A stretch of 64,000 nucleotides of DNA from Octopus bimaculoides (taxonomy: Eukaryota), in contig NC_068984.1 of NCBI RefSeq assembly GCF_001194135.2, forward strand, positions 24,511,768 through 24,575,767. The letters are read 5' to 3'. The position numbers and the translations under genes are program-made. Shown one piece after another: positions 1 through 12,018 of the stretch. The stretch's first letter is position 1. Each line of letters begins with the position of its first letter. The notes beneath the pieces were generated by a model. That model was not told the origin of the DNA and made no database searches. It was given only the letters and a program-made list of their open reading frames with translations.

Positions 1-1590
1 AAAATTTGTTTCCAATTAATGTCCAAGGCCAACAATTTTGAAGAGAAAGGGATAATTTGATACAACGACGCCAGTATTTGACTGGTGCTGTATTTTATTG
101 ATTCAGAAGGATGATAGGTAAAGCTGACTTGGATATGATTTGAACTCAGAATGTAAAGCCACCTCGATGGAATTTAAATACAGAAAGTAAACAATAATGA
201 TTTCAAGTTTCAGCACAAGGCCAGTAATTTTAGGGGCGAAGATAAGTTGATTGCATCGACTCCAATGTTCAACTGGTACTCAATTTTTTGACCCCCGAAA
301 AGATGAAAGCAAAGTCAACCTCGGTGGAATTTGAACTCAGAACGTAAAGAACTGGAAAGAATACTACTGAGCATTTTGTCCGATGCATGAACGATTCTGT
401 TAGCTCACAGCCTTCAGAAAGTAATAATAATTAATTATAACCATTACTTTCAAAATATTGAGGGGTATATACGCTGTATAGTCATGATGCATACACAGTG
501 ACTTCCCTTGAGATACATAGGCCGATGAGCTCCCATGCCTTCTAGCAGTTGTAACACACGCGCCCACACGCGTAAAATTTCAGATGTAAGGGAGACAACA
601 GCGTTGGCTATTGTTTCTGCCACTAACTAAAGTAAACTTAAATTTTAGAGAATGGTTTATAATGTTTAATTATCTCGTGCTCTTAGCATTAAATAGTTGA
701 CTAGAAATGATTAGGTGGTGAGAAAAAATATTATCAATGACTACTGGGACTAATGACATCTTAAGCTAATTTTAACGTATTTTAATGAAAGGACTATCAG
801 AAAGCCTACGTGAATGTTTGTGAATGTATGTGAATGTTTGTATGTGTGATTATTATGTACCTTATTTATATGTAAGATACTACAATTAGCTGTCATTTAT
901 GGCGGCACAGGCTCAGCTAGTACATAATAACTTAGGAGGAAATTGTGACATTCAGGCCTTTCTAATATCAATAACAGCTGTAAAGTAAAATAATTACAAA
1001 ACAGGAACTGAAACCAGCATCCTGATTAATTTCACAAGGATGAGTCAATAAGGGAGTTTCTATGTGATCACTCAACCTGCTAGAAATAGTAACCATATTC
1101 CCTTAAATTGCATGCTACCCTCTGAAAGAAAGGAAGGATATATTGGACAATGTAGTCCTAGATATACAGAAAAACAAAAGAAAACAAAATAGGATGGCCA
1201 TACTTGGAATGCCTTTCATCATAGAAGACTGCTCAATTAGAGATAACATAGAATTAAACAACAATAATATCTTGTAAAAAATCATACATCTATTGTACAG
1301 CATAGACCAAACAATCATAAGGCTGATACAAGACTTCAAATGAGACAAGAGGAAGAAAATGGTAACTTTTAATGATAATAACTTATTTTCCTTAGGAATC
1401 AAAAATATCAACAATTAATAAATGCTATCTACTCTAATGTAGCAGTAATGCTAATATACAGATATATTTTTAGTAATTGAATTTTAATTAGAAATTAAAA
1501 TATATATTAACTTTAATATCAAGTTCCAACTTTTTTTCAAGTTTCTAATAGAATCTATGTTTATGACATTTAATAATACGACACTTTTAA

Positions 1591-1803
1591 CCCTTTAACA
1601 TTTAACTGACTGTATCAAACCCAAATATTTTATCTGTTTTGTGTTCAAACCATCCAGATCTGGCTGCTCACCCTTACCCTAAAATGTCATTCTAAAAATA
1701 ATCACATCAGTGAAATTTTGAAGCTATGAACTAATAATTGATTAATTGAAAACAATGTGAATAAATAAGCATGACTCTTGACAGTAATTTGAATATTAAA
1801 AGG
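1591..1803. mobile_element. piggyBac-type MITE (family 1)
   Basis: TTAA on both sides, imperfect CCCTTTAACATT TIRs; a reverse-orientation relative lies at 50717-50936. Confidence 0.7.
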
Positions 1804-3011
1804 TTAAAGACTATTTACTCAATCTGGTTGCTTGACTGTAAGCCTTTAATTTATAAACGCGGTATTCAATTTCCTCTCCAGACAGGTTAGGATTAATTAC
1901 AGTTTGCATGCAGCTATTTATGTTTCATATCATTTACAGTTAAACAGAGGTGAGGGTACAGCTATGTGTTTAAGCAGTTTGCTTTGCAACTATATGGTTC
2001 TATGGTTTCATCATACTGCTTGATACCTTGGGCAAGTCTCTTCTATTGTAGCTGTGGACTGGCCAATAACTTGTGAGTGGAATTTGGTAGACAGAAATGG
2101 TGTGAAAGCCTGTTGTATCACCATTTTTCTTTTTATTTGTTACTATCCACTTGTCCTTGCTTGCAGGATCAGATAAAAATTGTTGAGGTAGATTTTCTAT
2201 AGCTAGATTCCCTTCCTTGTTGCCCAATTTCACCAGTTTCCAAGTGAGGTAATATTTCCCATTTCCCCTTAGTTGGACATGTTTTCATGGGAGACTGAAA
2301 ATGAATGACACTGCTTGTATGATGGTGACACTTACTTACAACTGTCATGCAATGCTAAGATAAGGAGTCATACACATACACTCACACACATTGCTTCAAC
2401 AATGTATTACTACCTGCGGCATTCTCAAGAAAAAAAATAATAATAATCTTGTGTGAAAGAAAAAAAATCTCAAAGCGGGGAGGTGTTGTGGTGGACACCC
2501 CCAAGTGAGAAGTGGGCTGTTCCACTACTCATAAATAGTGAACAGACACAGCAAGCAGGATCAGTCAGTGAGGTACGCCGTACAGACCAGTCACACAGAT
2601 GACACAGTTACATCGTCAAAATATGGGACATATCATGTTCTTTGTTGTTTATTGTGGGTTGTCAGAGAGATTAGCATAATCCCACACTATGAAGGTAGGA
2701 AAGCAAGTGTACTATGGTGATAAGACAGTAATTCTACAGTGGCGTTTATGGGGTTCACACATACAGTAAAATACAGGGTAACTCCAATACATATGTTCTC
2801 ATTGTTGAGAAGGGGACAATGTTGAGCCAAATACCTCTGTTTGGCTGGGAGGCAATCCAGAAACATGACAGATGGTGTTTGGAGAGATGACTGGATTCAT
2901 GTATTATCTCAGATGTGTTGATTGGTGTTGTGTGGTGGAAGACAGTGAGATCACCATGAACCCAGACAGCTTATACTGTCTCATACCTATTGTCCACATT
3001 TGGTTCAGATA

Positions 3012-3545
3012 TACACGGTCTGATCAATAAGTATCCAGACTGTTGCCATAGTAATAAAACTAAATCACACAGAGTGAAGACGCTTGGCATGAATTGACCT
3101 TGAACTCTGCTATGCATGTGCACAAAGTTTTAATGTTCTAGTTCACTTCTGCTGTTTACAGCAGTGTTTGGAAGGAAGGTGTGTAGTGTGTGATCATCAC
3201 ATTGACCATGACAGAAAGTTGAGCAGAGAATCTGCATCAAATTTTGCCAAAAGCCTGGTGATACCTTCTCATAGACCTATGCAAAGTTTTCAAAAAGTTT
3301 CCATCATTCTCAACACAATCAAAGAGATCTTGTGCAACTGAAACCTGAGTGTCTTTTTGGTCAGCTGAAAGCAGTTTTGGCACAAACTTGGCAGACGTGC
3401 GTCTCATACCCAAATCTTCAGTGATAATGGACTGAACTGAATCATAATTAATCTGCACATCCTCTGATAACTCACGGATGGTGATTCAACAATTTCCCCT
3501 CACAGCTATATGCACATCTACGATGTTTTTCTCAGTTCTGCTGGT
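3012..3545 (+). mobile_element. Mariner remnant with internal inversion
   Basis: Left TIR TACACGGTCTGATCAATAAGTATCC and N-terminal QRICIKFCQKL on +, then [23 protein letters not shown]-like sequence on -. Confidence 0.8.
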
Positions 3546-5026
3546 GTGCTATTTGAGGAAAATTTTGCTGATTTATAGTGACTCTAGGCATTCACTTTAA
3601 TTTTTGGGTTCAGACGCTAATTTCACACATATAAATAAGTAGGGTTATTATTGTAGGGAACTGAACATAATTTTAAGTCCTGTGATGTTACAATTTTAGA
3701 CACAAGGCCAACAAATTTGAGCTGAGGGTGTTAGCTGATACCATTGACCTCAGCACTTGAATAGTACTTATTATATCAACCCCAAAAGGATGAAAGGCAA
3801 TGTTGACCTCAGTGGAATTTGAACTGAGTATAGACATTTGGAACAAATCACTAGCGTAGCTAGAGTGTGTGTGTCAGGGCAGCTCTTCTGTTTGCTGCCC
3901 CTGGACCCCACAAAAAACACATATTACCTATGGCAGACTCAAAAGTGTCACCACCCACCAGCTACTCTAGTGGAACAAATACTGTCTGGCACTCTAATGA
4001 TTCTTCCAGCCCACTGCCTTACTATGTAATAATTCTTTCTACTGTAGGCACAAGGACTGAAATTTTGAGAGAAGGGCTAGTTGATTACTTTGACTCCAGC
4101 ACTTAGCTGGTATTCATTTTATCAACTCTAACAAGAGGAAAGGCAATGTTGATCTCGGTGGTATTTGAACTCAGAGTATGAACCCCCCCACACACACACA
4201 CAAGAAACACTCTTGAACCTACACTCTAACAAGTCTTCCAGTTCACTGCCTTACTAATCTATTTAATTATAACCCCTGTAATAGTACTTTCTTGATTTCC
4301 TTTTCAACAGTACTCATGTAAGGTTTTAAATTTACAAAAATAAGCTCTAAAAAAATTATCTCCATTAAATCATTTACTTGTTCCAACCACTGAGCTTTGG
4401 TTTTTATTTGAAATATTTTGGGATTTAAATGTACAATCTAGTGTATGTGTGTATCTTGGGTTTAGAATAGTTATACGGTGTCCCCGTGTGCTGGAAAAGG
4501 TAACTCAATGAGTTGACAACAGAAAGAGTGTTTTGGCCATAAAACTAGTCCAACCCATGCCAGCAAGGAAGCATACATGTAAAATTATATCAAGCATGAG
4601 AAATGCCTTTTCGCTTATTTATTTGAATATTTATTTTAAAACTTAAAAAGAGAGCCGAAAAGGACTTATATGAGGTCATCTGATTGCTAGAAATAACAGC
4701 CAAATCACCCTATGTTTTAGGAAAGAACATATTTGACAATGTGATTGCTCAGTCCTGACCTACTTGGGATTATGCAATAACAACACCGTCGCCACCGCCT
4801 TATTCGCGGATCTTTCTCGATCTCTCTTTGAAAGTATGTTCCCTTCTCTGATGTTCACTGCATTAAATATGCTATCACTAACTTTAACATGTGATAACCT
4901 AGTGTTATCATGTAAGCACGATAACTGTCAATTGAAACTAAAGAAACGGAAGCTAAAAATTAAGTAAAAGATTAAAAACAAATGTTGCATAGGAAATTGC
5001 AATATTAAGATTAAAAGGGCAAAATA

Positions 5027-5035
5027 TGATGCAAT
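5027..5035 (+). promoter_or_regulatory. C/EBP-ATF (AARE/CARE) element TGATGCAAT
   Basis: Exact match to the ATF4 amino-acid response element core, upstream of the candidate exon 1. Confidence 0.55.
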
Positions 5036-5189
5036 ATAGGCAGTAAGTGGCGTTATAATTAAGCTATATAACTGTGAAAAATTACTGGTTAATTTACGCT
5101 TCAGACAGCAGAATGTACCTATACATGGGAGAGTAAGATGTGTTAGTTTCATTGATACTTTTTAGCCTGTACCATTATATGGAGAGTTG

Positions 5190-5319
5190 TATTTTGTTGC
5201 AACTCATCCCGGTTGTTGTCTGTTTCTAAGGTTGTTAACTAAATATCGCGAATTCATCTAATTTCTTCTCACCTCACATTTTTATTCATTCTTGTTTTTC
5301 AAGACAGTTTGATTGTCGG
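5190..5319 (+). other. Candidate non-coding first exon (5' UTR) of AARS1; start approximate
   Basis: Strong donor CGG|GTAAGT at 5320, local CpG enrichment and flanking AARE motifs. The ATG at 9629 lies just after an acceptor, so an upstream exon is required. Confidence 0.5.
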
Positions 5320-5404
5320 GTAAGTATTTTAATTTTCTTTTACATATGTTTCTGATGACATAGTTAAATGTAGTGTAGCAGTATGTAACGTATATACGTT
5401 TTCT

Positions 5405-5413
5405 ATTGCATCA
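5405..5413 (-). promoter_or_regulatory. C/EBP-ATF (AARE/CARE) element (ATTGCATCA on +)
   Basis: Exact match, about 85 nt into the candidate first intron. Confidence 0.55.
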
Positions 5414-6573
5414 TTCTTTTATATTTTGATATCTTAAGTTTTAATAAACATGACAGCCTGTATATATATATTTTCGACTTTTGGATACTTCTGCAATACT
5501 CACGCACAGACACTATAATAATGATATTAATATATTGATATAGAATCTTAATTCTTCTCTATATGGATATATGATTAAAATTATGAATGATGTTTTATTA
5601 TGGCAATATAGCAAAAATTTTATAGCCATATTGCTAGTCCTAGAGAACTCCTATATCTCTTGTTATGGGCGTAATAAAAAGAAGGGTGAAAAGGGGGAAT
5701 CTGATTGTGGAATTAACTGTTCTATCGGGTAGCAACAAGAAATGTGTCGAAAGTAAGCTTTCTTAGTGTTTAGACCCGTTGGAAGAAATGTGTTGCACGG
5801 GGTGGAGTCTCATGGACTTAGCTGTTAGATCCACGAGGTTTTGCTTAGCTGTCTGGCATATGACTAAAGGATAGCAAATTAATGATTGGAAATGAATAAT
5901 GCCTCGTCAAAGATTTGGTGCAAATATCTTGGAAGCACCTCCATATTAGTGTATTGACGAGAAAAAGAAAGAAAAGGTCTCAGTCATTAAGTGAAAACCG
6001 AGAAACACATGCTTCTCTAGTGCGCAATCAGGTTTCGTACGCTTCTTTGTGTTTTAACCAGACTGTTGTGCATTATTAAGCGCCAATTTGAACATTAATA
6101 GCAGTAAGAGAAGACCTCTATTTGAAGAATCCCAAATGTTTACAACGAAGAGAATGTCCCTTTCACTAAATTCGGATTATTTAGTTGTTTATGAGTTATT
6201 TCTTCAAGTTTTACTGGTAGATATCTGTTAATGATTTAAAATTATTTAGTTTATGGACTACATAAACATATAGGTGTATGTATGGCTGTATGATAAAGAA
6301 GTTCGCTGCACAATTACATGGTTTCTGGTTCAGTTCCAATTCACGACACTTCGGTCAAGTGTCTAATTAGCATGGCCCCTGATCGACCAAAGCCTTGTCA
6401 GTCAGATTTGATTGACGGAAACTGTGGAGCTCGTCAGGAAGACCGTTCTAGTTCTTGGGTGTTGAAGTTAATCTGTTGCTCCTGTTCAAACTTGGTCTTT
6501 GTGTGTCTAGCTTTTGGACCATGTATAATGTGAAAGCTATTTCTTCTTCCCCATTAGAGACCCCGAAAATACT

Positions 6574-6626
6574 GGCATAACTACACCAAAGTCGGTGGGG
6601 GGGGGGTACAACTCTGTAGTTATGCC
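6574..6626. mobile_element. 53-bp micro-MITE with 12-bp TIRs and 8-bp TSD
   Basis: AAAATACT|GGCATAACTACA...TGTAGTTATGCC|AAAATACT. Confidence 0.65.
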
Positions 6627-6739
6627 AAAATACTTACACTAAGTGATAAAAAAAATATTAAAATTTTTTTATCTTATCTCTCATCAAGATTTCGTTTAAG
6701 TTACATATTTATGGCATTCATTTATGATTATCCCTTATA

Positions 6740-7330
6740 ATTATGAAACCTTATTTTTTTATTATCATTTCTCCTTGTGAATTTAGGAAGGTAGTCTTAA
6801 GGCAAGTTTCTAAGTAGTCTAGAGAAGGAAGTTAAACGACCGCTTGGAAAATATGTAGGATGAAAAAAAGTAATAACTTAAATAACCTTCTGGTGGTTTT
6901 CTAAAGAGAATCTGAGTGACGTTTCTAATATATTTCCATTAAACTTTCATTGCTAGAGATTTGAAGGATGGAGTGACTAGATATTAATAGCCCCTGTGGG
7001 CAATAAAGAAATAGATATTAATAGCATAGGTAACAACAATGAGCAGGGAAGAGAAACATCTAGTGTTTTGTTATTTGCTATTGACATAAATTTGGAAGCC
7101 ACAGAAACTGCTGAGATCATCATTGATTTCCATTTGGTAGTTGAAAAAGCAAAAAAATCAAGAAATGTGTTGACATTAAATGTTTTAGCTAATTTTTAGG
7201 TTTTTGCATTTATAAAGGGTGTGGTACAGCGTTTTCTTTTTCCAAATGTATTTAGTGCCTATGATATAATTTCATTTTTAATAACTGAAGTGCTCTCCAT
7301 TCCTGCTTGAAAAACTTGTATTATTGTATT
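6740..7330 (-). mobile_element. Decayed Penelope-like reverse transcriptase fragment
   Basis: Frameshifted remnants resembling EWRAL..DKGNAV, FYGLPKI and LLETCLKTT; an inverted relative lies at about 8890-9050. Confidence 0.4.
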
Positions 7331-8889
7331 TAATTTTTTAAAAATCTCTTTCTATATTAAGCCTATGCACTAAATATTAAAAACTATTTAAGATTGTAGT
7401 TGAGGGGAGGAAATGGAATGATATTGTTATCTACAGTATGGACATTGTATAAAGTTGAGACCAGCATTGTTAACTCTTAGGCAGAGAGATTGGTTCGCAT
7501 GACACCAGGGCATATTCATATACTTGTGGACCTATGTGACATATATCAAGGGGTCAGCTCTTCTCCAAGTCCTGTATGCCTCAGCCACAGAACCATCTAC
7601 TATTTGACCCATAACTGGGGCCCTTGACAGGTTCTGTCACTCCAGGCTAGAGTGGAACTGGGAGCAATGGTGACTAATGGTAACTTAATACTCCCTAAAA
7701 TTCTTGAACTCCTAACCTGGACTCTCCCCATCGGATGCAGTTGAGTGTCTTTTTCAGGACAACTAGTCTCCCTCTTGTGTACCATTTCCTCCCTGCTCCT
7801 CCACCTTGCATGTCATCCTCCTTTCTGGTCTATTTTCCTTCTTGAGCTACTTCTCTCTCTCTCTCTTACCTTCTTGTATCTTGAAATATTATCACTGCCA
7901 TTTTTATATTTCTAGTTACTCTCACCCACCCTTATGTAGTGTTGGGTAGGCATATAGCTTCTCTATAACAAGACACTGGGATTGTTGCTCTACGATACTT
8001 TTACCTCTCAACACCTGGCATAGAACCACTGCCCCCTAAAATCCCACCTGCACAAATTTAGTCGAGAGAGCTTTTCCTTTTTCCTGTTCCTTCACGTCTT
8101 GCATGTCACTTGGTGACCTCGTCTAGTGCTGGTGGCATGAAAAAAAAAAGCATCTACCACACATTATCAGGTTGTACCCATAAAATGACTGGCATTAGGA
8201 AAGGCATCCAGCTATAGAAACCCTGCCAAAGCTGACATTGGAGCTTGGCACAATTTGACTTGTCAGCTCCTGTCAAACTGCACAACCTAAGACAACATGG
8301 AAAACAGACATTAAAAAAGAATGAAGTGAAATTAAACCAACTAATTAAATCTTGTTGAGTTCATTGATGATAGCTCATAGAAAATAGTAGGGACAACAGA
8401 ATGTATTTTACAAGGACTGGTGTCGTAAGGGTTGCAGTAAACACTGATATCAAAAGGATGCATTCTATATCACATGTTTAACAGTATACCTAATAGTAAT
8501 GCACAATATTCACAACTAATTACTGACTAATGGTAGCATGTAACTAAAACACTGGTCTATATATAGACTGTGAAGCTTTAGATTAGAACTATGCCCCTCA
8601 CGCTCTAACAGCGACCTTGAAACTTGAGAGTAAAAGTAGAGTAATTCATATAAAGTATTCTAGATGTAAGATTATAACAGAAGATAAAGGCATTTGGTCA
8701 CCTGGTGAAATGAGTGTTGAACTTCCCTTGATTTATGTGCAGGTAACTTTCTGTACGTCTGTTGAGCATTTCACCTGCTGTTAATAAATATGTTTGAGTT
8801 TTAATGCACTGAGTATTTTTTGTGTGTGTGTCTGCGTCTGGTTCTTTGTTCCCTCTCTTCTGTTTGTAACAATATGATACATCTGATCC

Positions 8890-9052
8890 ACATGATTATT
8901 TTTTCACAACAATCAAATGGAAGCCAATGACCTCAGTTGTTTTTATGGCTTCCAAATTTATATCTATAGCAAGTGGTAACAGTCGAGATATTTCTCTTCC
9001 CTACTCAGGTTTGTTACTAATGCTGTTAATATCTGTAGTCTCTCCATCTCCA
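8890..9052 (+). mobile_element. Decayed copy of the same repeat as 6963-7170, in opposite orientation
   Basis: About 78-80% identity over about 125 nt by manual alignment. Confidence 0.6.
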
Positions 9053-9628
9053 TTTTTTAAAACTCTGGATAATAACCAACAGAAACAATATCTGAGCTAA
9101 TTATTTCTGATTAAAATTTAAACAAATTAAAACTCAGTTGAATGTTTGTTGTAAAAATTTAAGAATAAGAAAAGCTTACTGTGAAAATGTAAGCCTAATT
9201 CTTTAGAGAGAATAACAAATTGATATTTTTAGAATTACCACAGATGATATCTTTGAAACAATTTTATTTTTATGAGATTCATATGAACTTCTCTTTTCCC
9301 TTTATTCCTTTACTGATTTCAACTGTCTTAAGGCATCATAATTAAGAGTGTTAGCTGATTATATTCATTCCCAGTGCTTATTTTAGTGTTAGGTGATGCA
9401 TCTTGACACTAGTTTACACACACACATTTTACATACCTCCTATTTCACTCTGAAGATTTCAGTAGAAGGTACCTGCCCAAGATGTCATGCAGTAGGATTG
9501 GACCTAGACTCATACAGCTATGCCTGCACATATATATTTAAGGGTTTTATTGAAGTAGACAATTTCTATTGATAATTTTGTTGATCCAGCTGTAAAACTT
9601 TGCTTTTATTTTTATGATAGTTTCCAGT

Positions 9629-9772
9629 ATGAAGACTTACTTAACAAGTAGTCAAGTGAGAAACAGCTTTCTTGATTTCTTCAAGGAGAAAGAGCACTTG
9701 TATGTCCATTCTTCATCTGTAATTCCTCACGATGACCCAACATTATTATTTGCCAATGCTGGCATGAATCAG
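9629..9772 (+). CDS. AARS1: AARS1 coding exon 1 ([22 protein letters not shown])
   Basis: 144 nt; ATG follows TAG (9620) and CAG (9627) acceptors; donor CAG|GTATGT. Confidence 0.96.
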
Positions 9773-11983
9773 GTATGTAATTTACTGGTGATATCAATAT
9801 TTGTGATATATAACAAAGAATCATTGGGGTTGGATGCAGCATGATATGTTTCTATTTGTTTTCATCCAGTGTCTTATCACTGTAAGTCAACATGCTTGGA
9901 TTCACATCACCTCTTCTTCCCATGCATTCTTTGATGTAACTGTAAAAAATATTGTGGATCCATATGATGTGGACCATTTGTGTAATAGATGCTATAAATA
10001 CCAACCACTTTATAGCATGTACTGGGTGCTGTTTTTCATTGAGGTCACCATGCAGTTTGCGAGATATGCTATAAAGTGGTTAGTATTAGGAAGGGTTTCT
10101 GCTTGGCTGGCTACATACTCTGTGTAGTTAATCAACAGCACTTGAAAACAGTCATTTCTTGGGTACCACCTGATAGCAGGTGTAGAAGGGACTGGCTGAA
10201 GATCACTTGGCAGCAGACATTTCAAGATGACCTGAAGACAGCCAGCATTACATGGAATGGATGTGCAAGAATAGCAACCAATATAACCTGATGGGAGAAA
10301 GCTTACTGCCCAATGTACTGAGCAGTGCAGAAGAACTTAAAACTAAGAAGGTTATACCAGACATAGAAACTGTGATATAAAAGTTTTAGACTGTTATATG
10401 TTGTATATTAATTGTAAAATGAACTTTATAACTGTGTAAATATTTTCTAATACTATCCATTTTTTATTTCAGTTTAAACCAATTTTTTTAGGAACTGTTG
10501 ATCCTAGTAGTGATATGTCAAAATGGGTCCGAACAGCTAACACACAAAAATGTATTCGTGCTGGTGGAAAACACAATGATCTTGAAGATGTAGGCAAAGA
10601 TGTCTACCATCACACTTTCTTTGAAATGTTGGGGAATTGGTCATTTGGTGACTATTATAAGGTCAGTATTTTAGAATTATTTTCTGTTTTTATCCTTTGT
10701 TTTATCATTATATATTGGCTTGCGACAAAGGAATAGATAGACAAACCTATACTTACCAAATTTTTTTGTAGTATTTGAAATATTTTTAATTCTTCTAAGT
10801 ATTTAGCAAAAACCATGAAACTTTATTTGTTTTGGAATGCAGGTCTAAACAATGTATGGTAAAAGAATTATTTAAATTTATGATGATTTGGAAAATAATA
10901 TTATAAATTAAGGAATAATCTCTCAAAAATAGGTGAAGATATTCTATATGCAAAAATGTAAGGCCTTTTCTGCCATTTCCTATTCACAATTCTTAATTTA
11001 AAGTATAAATATGTGGAGTATTAATTTACTTTGTTTGAATAGGTTTGTGGTAAGAAGTTTGCTTCCCAACTACATAGTTTGGGTTCTGTCCCACTGCATG
11101 GCATCTTGGGCAAGTGTCTTCTTTTATAGCCTCAGACTGATCAAATCCTAGTGAGTGGATCTGGTACACAAATGTATGTGTAAGTCTCGACATCACAGGA
11201 TGGTTGTCCTAAGGGTTGGCTACAGGAAAGGCATCTGGCCACAAAAAATCTACCTTGATAAACTCTACCTGACCCATACAAGCATGGAAAAGTGGATGTT
11301 AAAATGATGCTGAATATCTACTCTAAGACAAGCAGTCTTTTTGTTAAACAACACATGTTGACACATTCTTAGCCTGCAGTTGTGGTGTAGAGATGTTTAT
11401 GATCCAGAATTGTGTGGTATGAAGTATGAAAACTACATTTTGATGAATGACTTATGAGAGTTGAGTTCAAGGTTCAAATAAACATACATTAAGATTCTGC
11501 ACTTTTTTGAAAGTGTGCATGGAATATAGGTATCACATTTAGAGTGAAATGATGGACAAAATGATACAAGATAGACAAGAGAAACGAATGTTATATCTCT
11601 GTTGATAGCATTGAAAATTCATGATAAACTGGTAATTTTTACTTTCAGAAAGAAATATGTTCTTGGGCATGGGAATACCTTGTACACAGACTAGGTTTGG
11701 AAAAGGATCGTTTGTATGTGACTTACTTTGGTGGCAATCCTGCGACTAATTTGAACCCAGATGATGAATGTAAACAAATTTGGTTAGATCTTGGGTAAGT
11801 GTTTTTATATGTGTCTATAGATTGCTAGCCACTACACATTCTTTTTTTCTCTCCTTGTTTCTTTCTGTGGAAGAGCGTAGGCTCGAAACGTTAAAGACTT
11901 TTTCACTTCCCAAGCGTTATACTAATGCATCTGTTTGTTTTCTACACCACCTGTCTTCGTCTTTTGTTTTTTTTGTGAATTGT

Positions 11984-12018
<35 letters not shown>

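Noticed and set aside
1115-1414. 99-aa hydrophobic ORF and similar short ORFs throughout
   Set aside because: Their low-complexity F/L/I-rich composition is typical of AT-rich non-coding DNA and degenerate repeats.
8681-8741. Possible optional 5' UTR exon ending CAG|GTAACT, with a 9-bp inverted repeat nearby
   Set aside because: The acceptor is weak and the short inverted repeat is within chance expectation.
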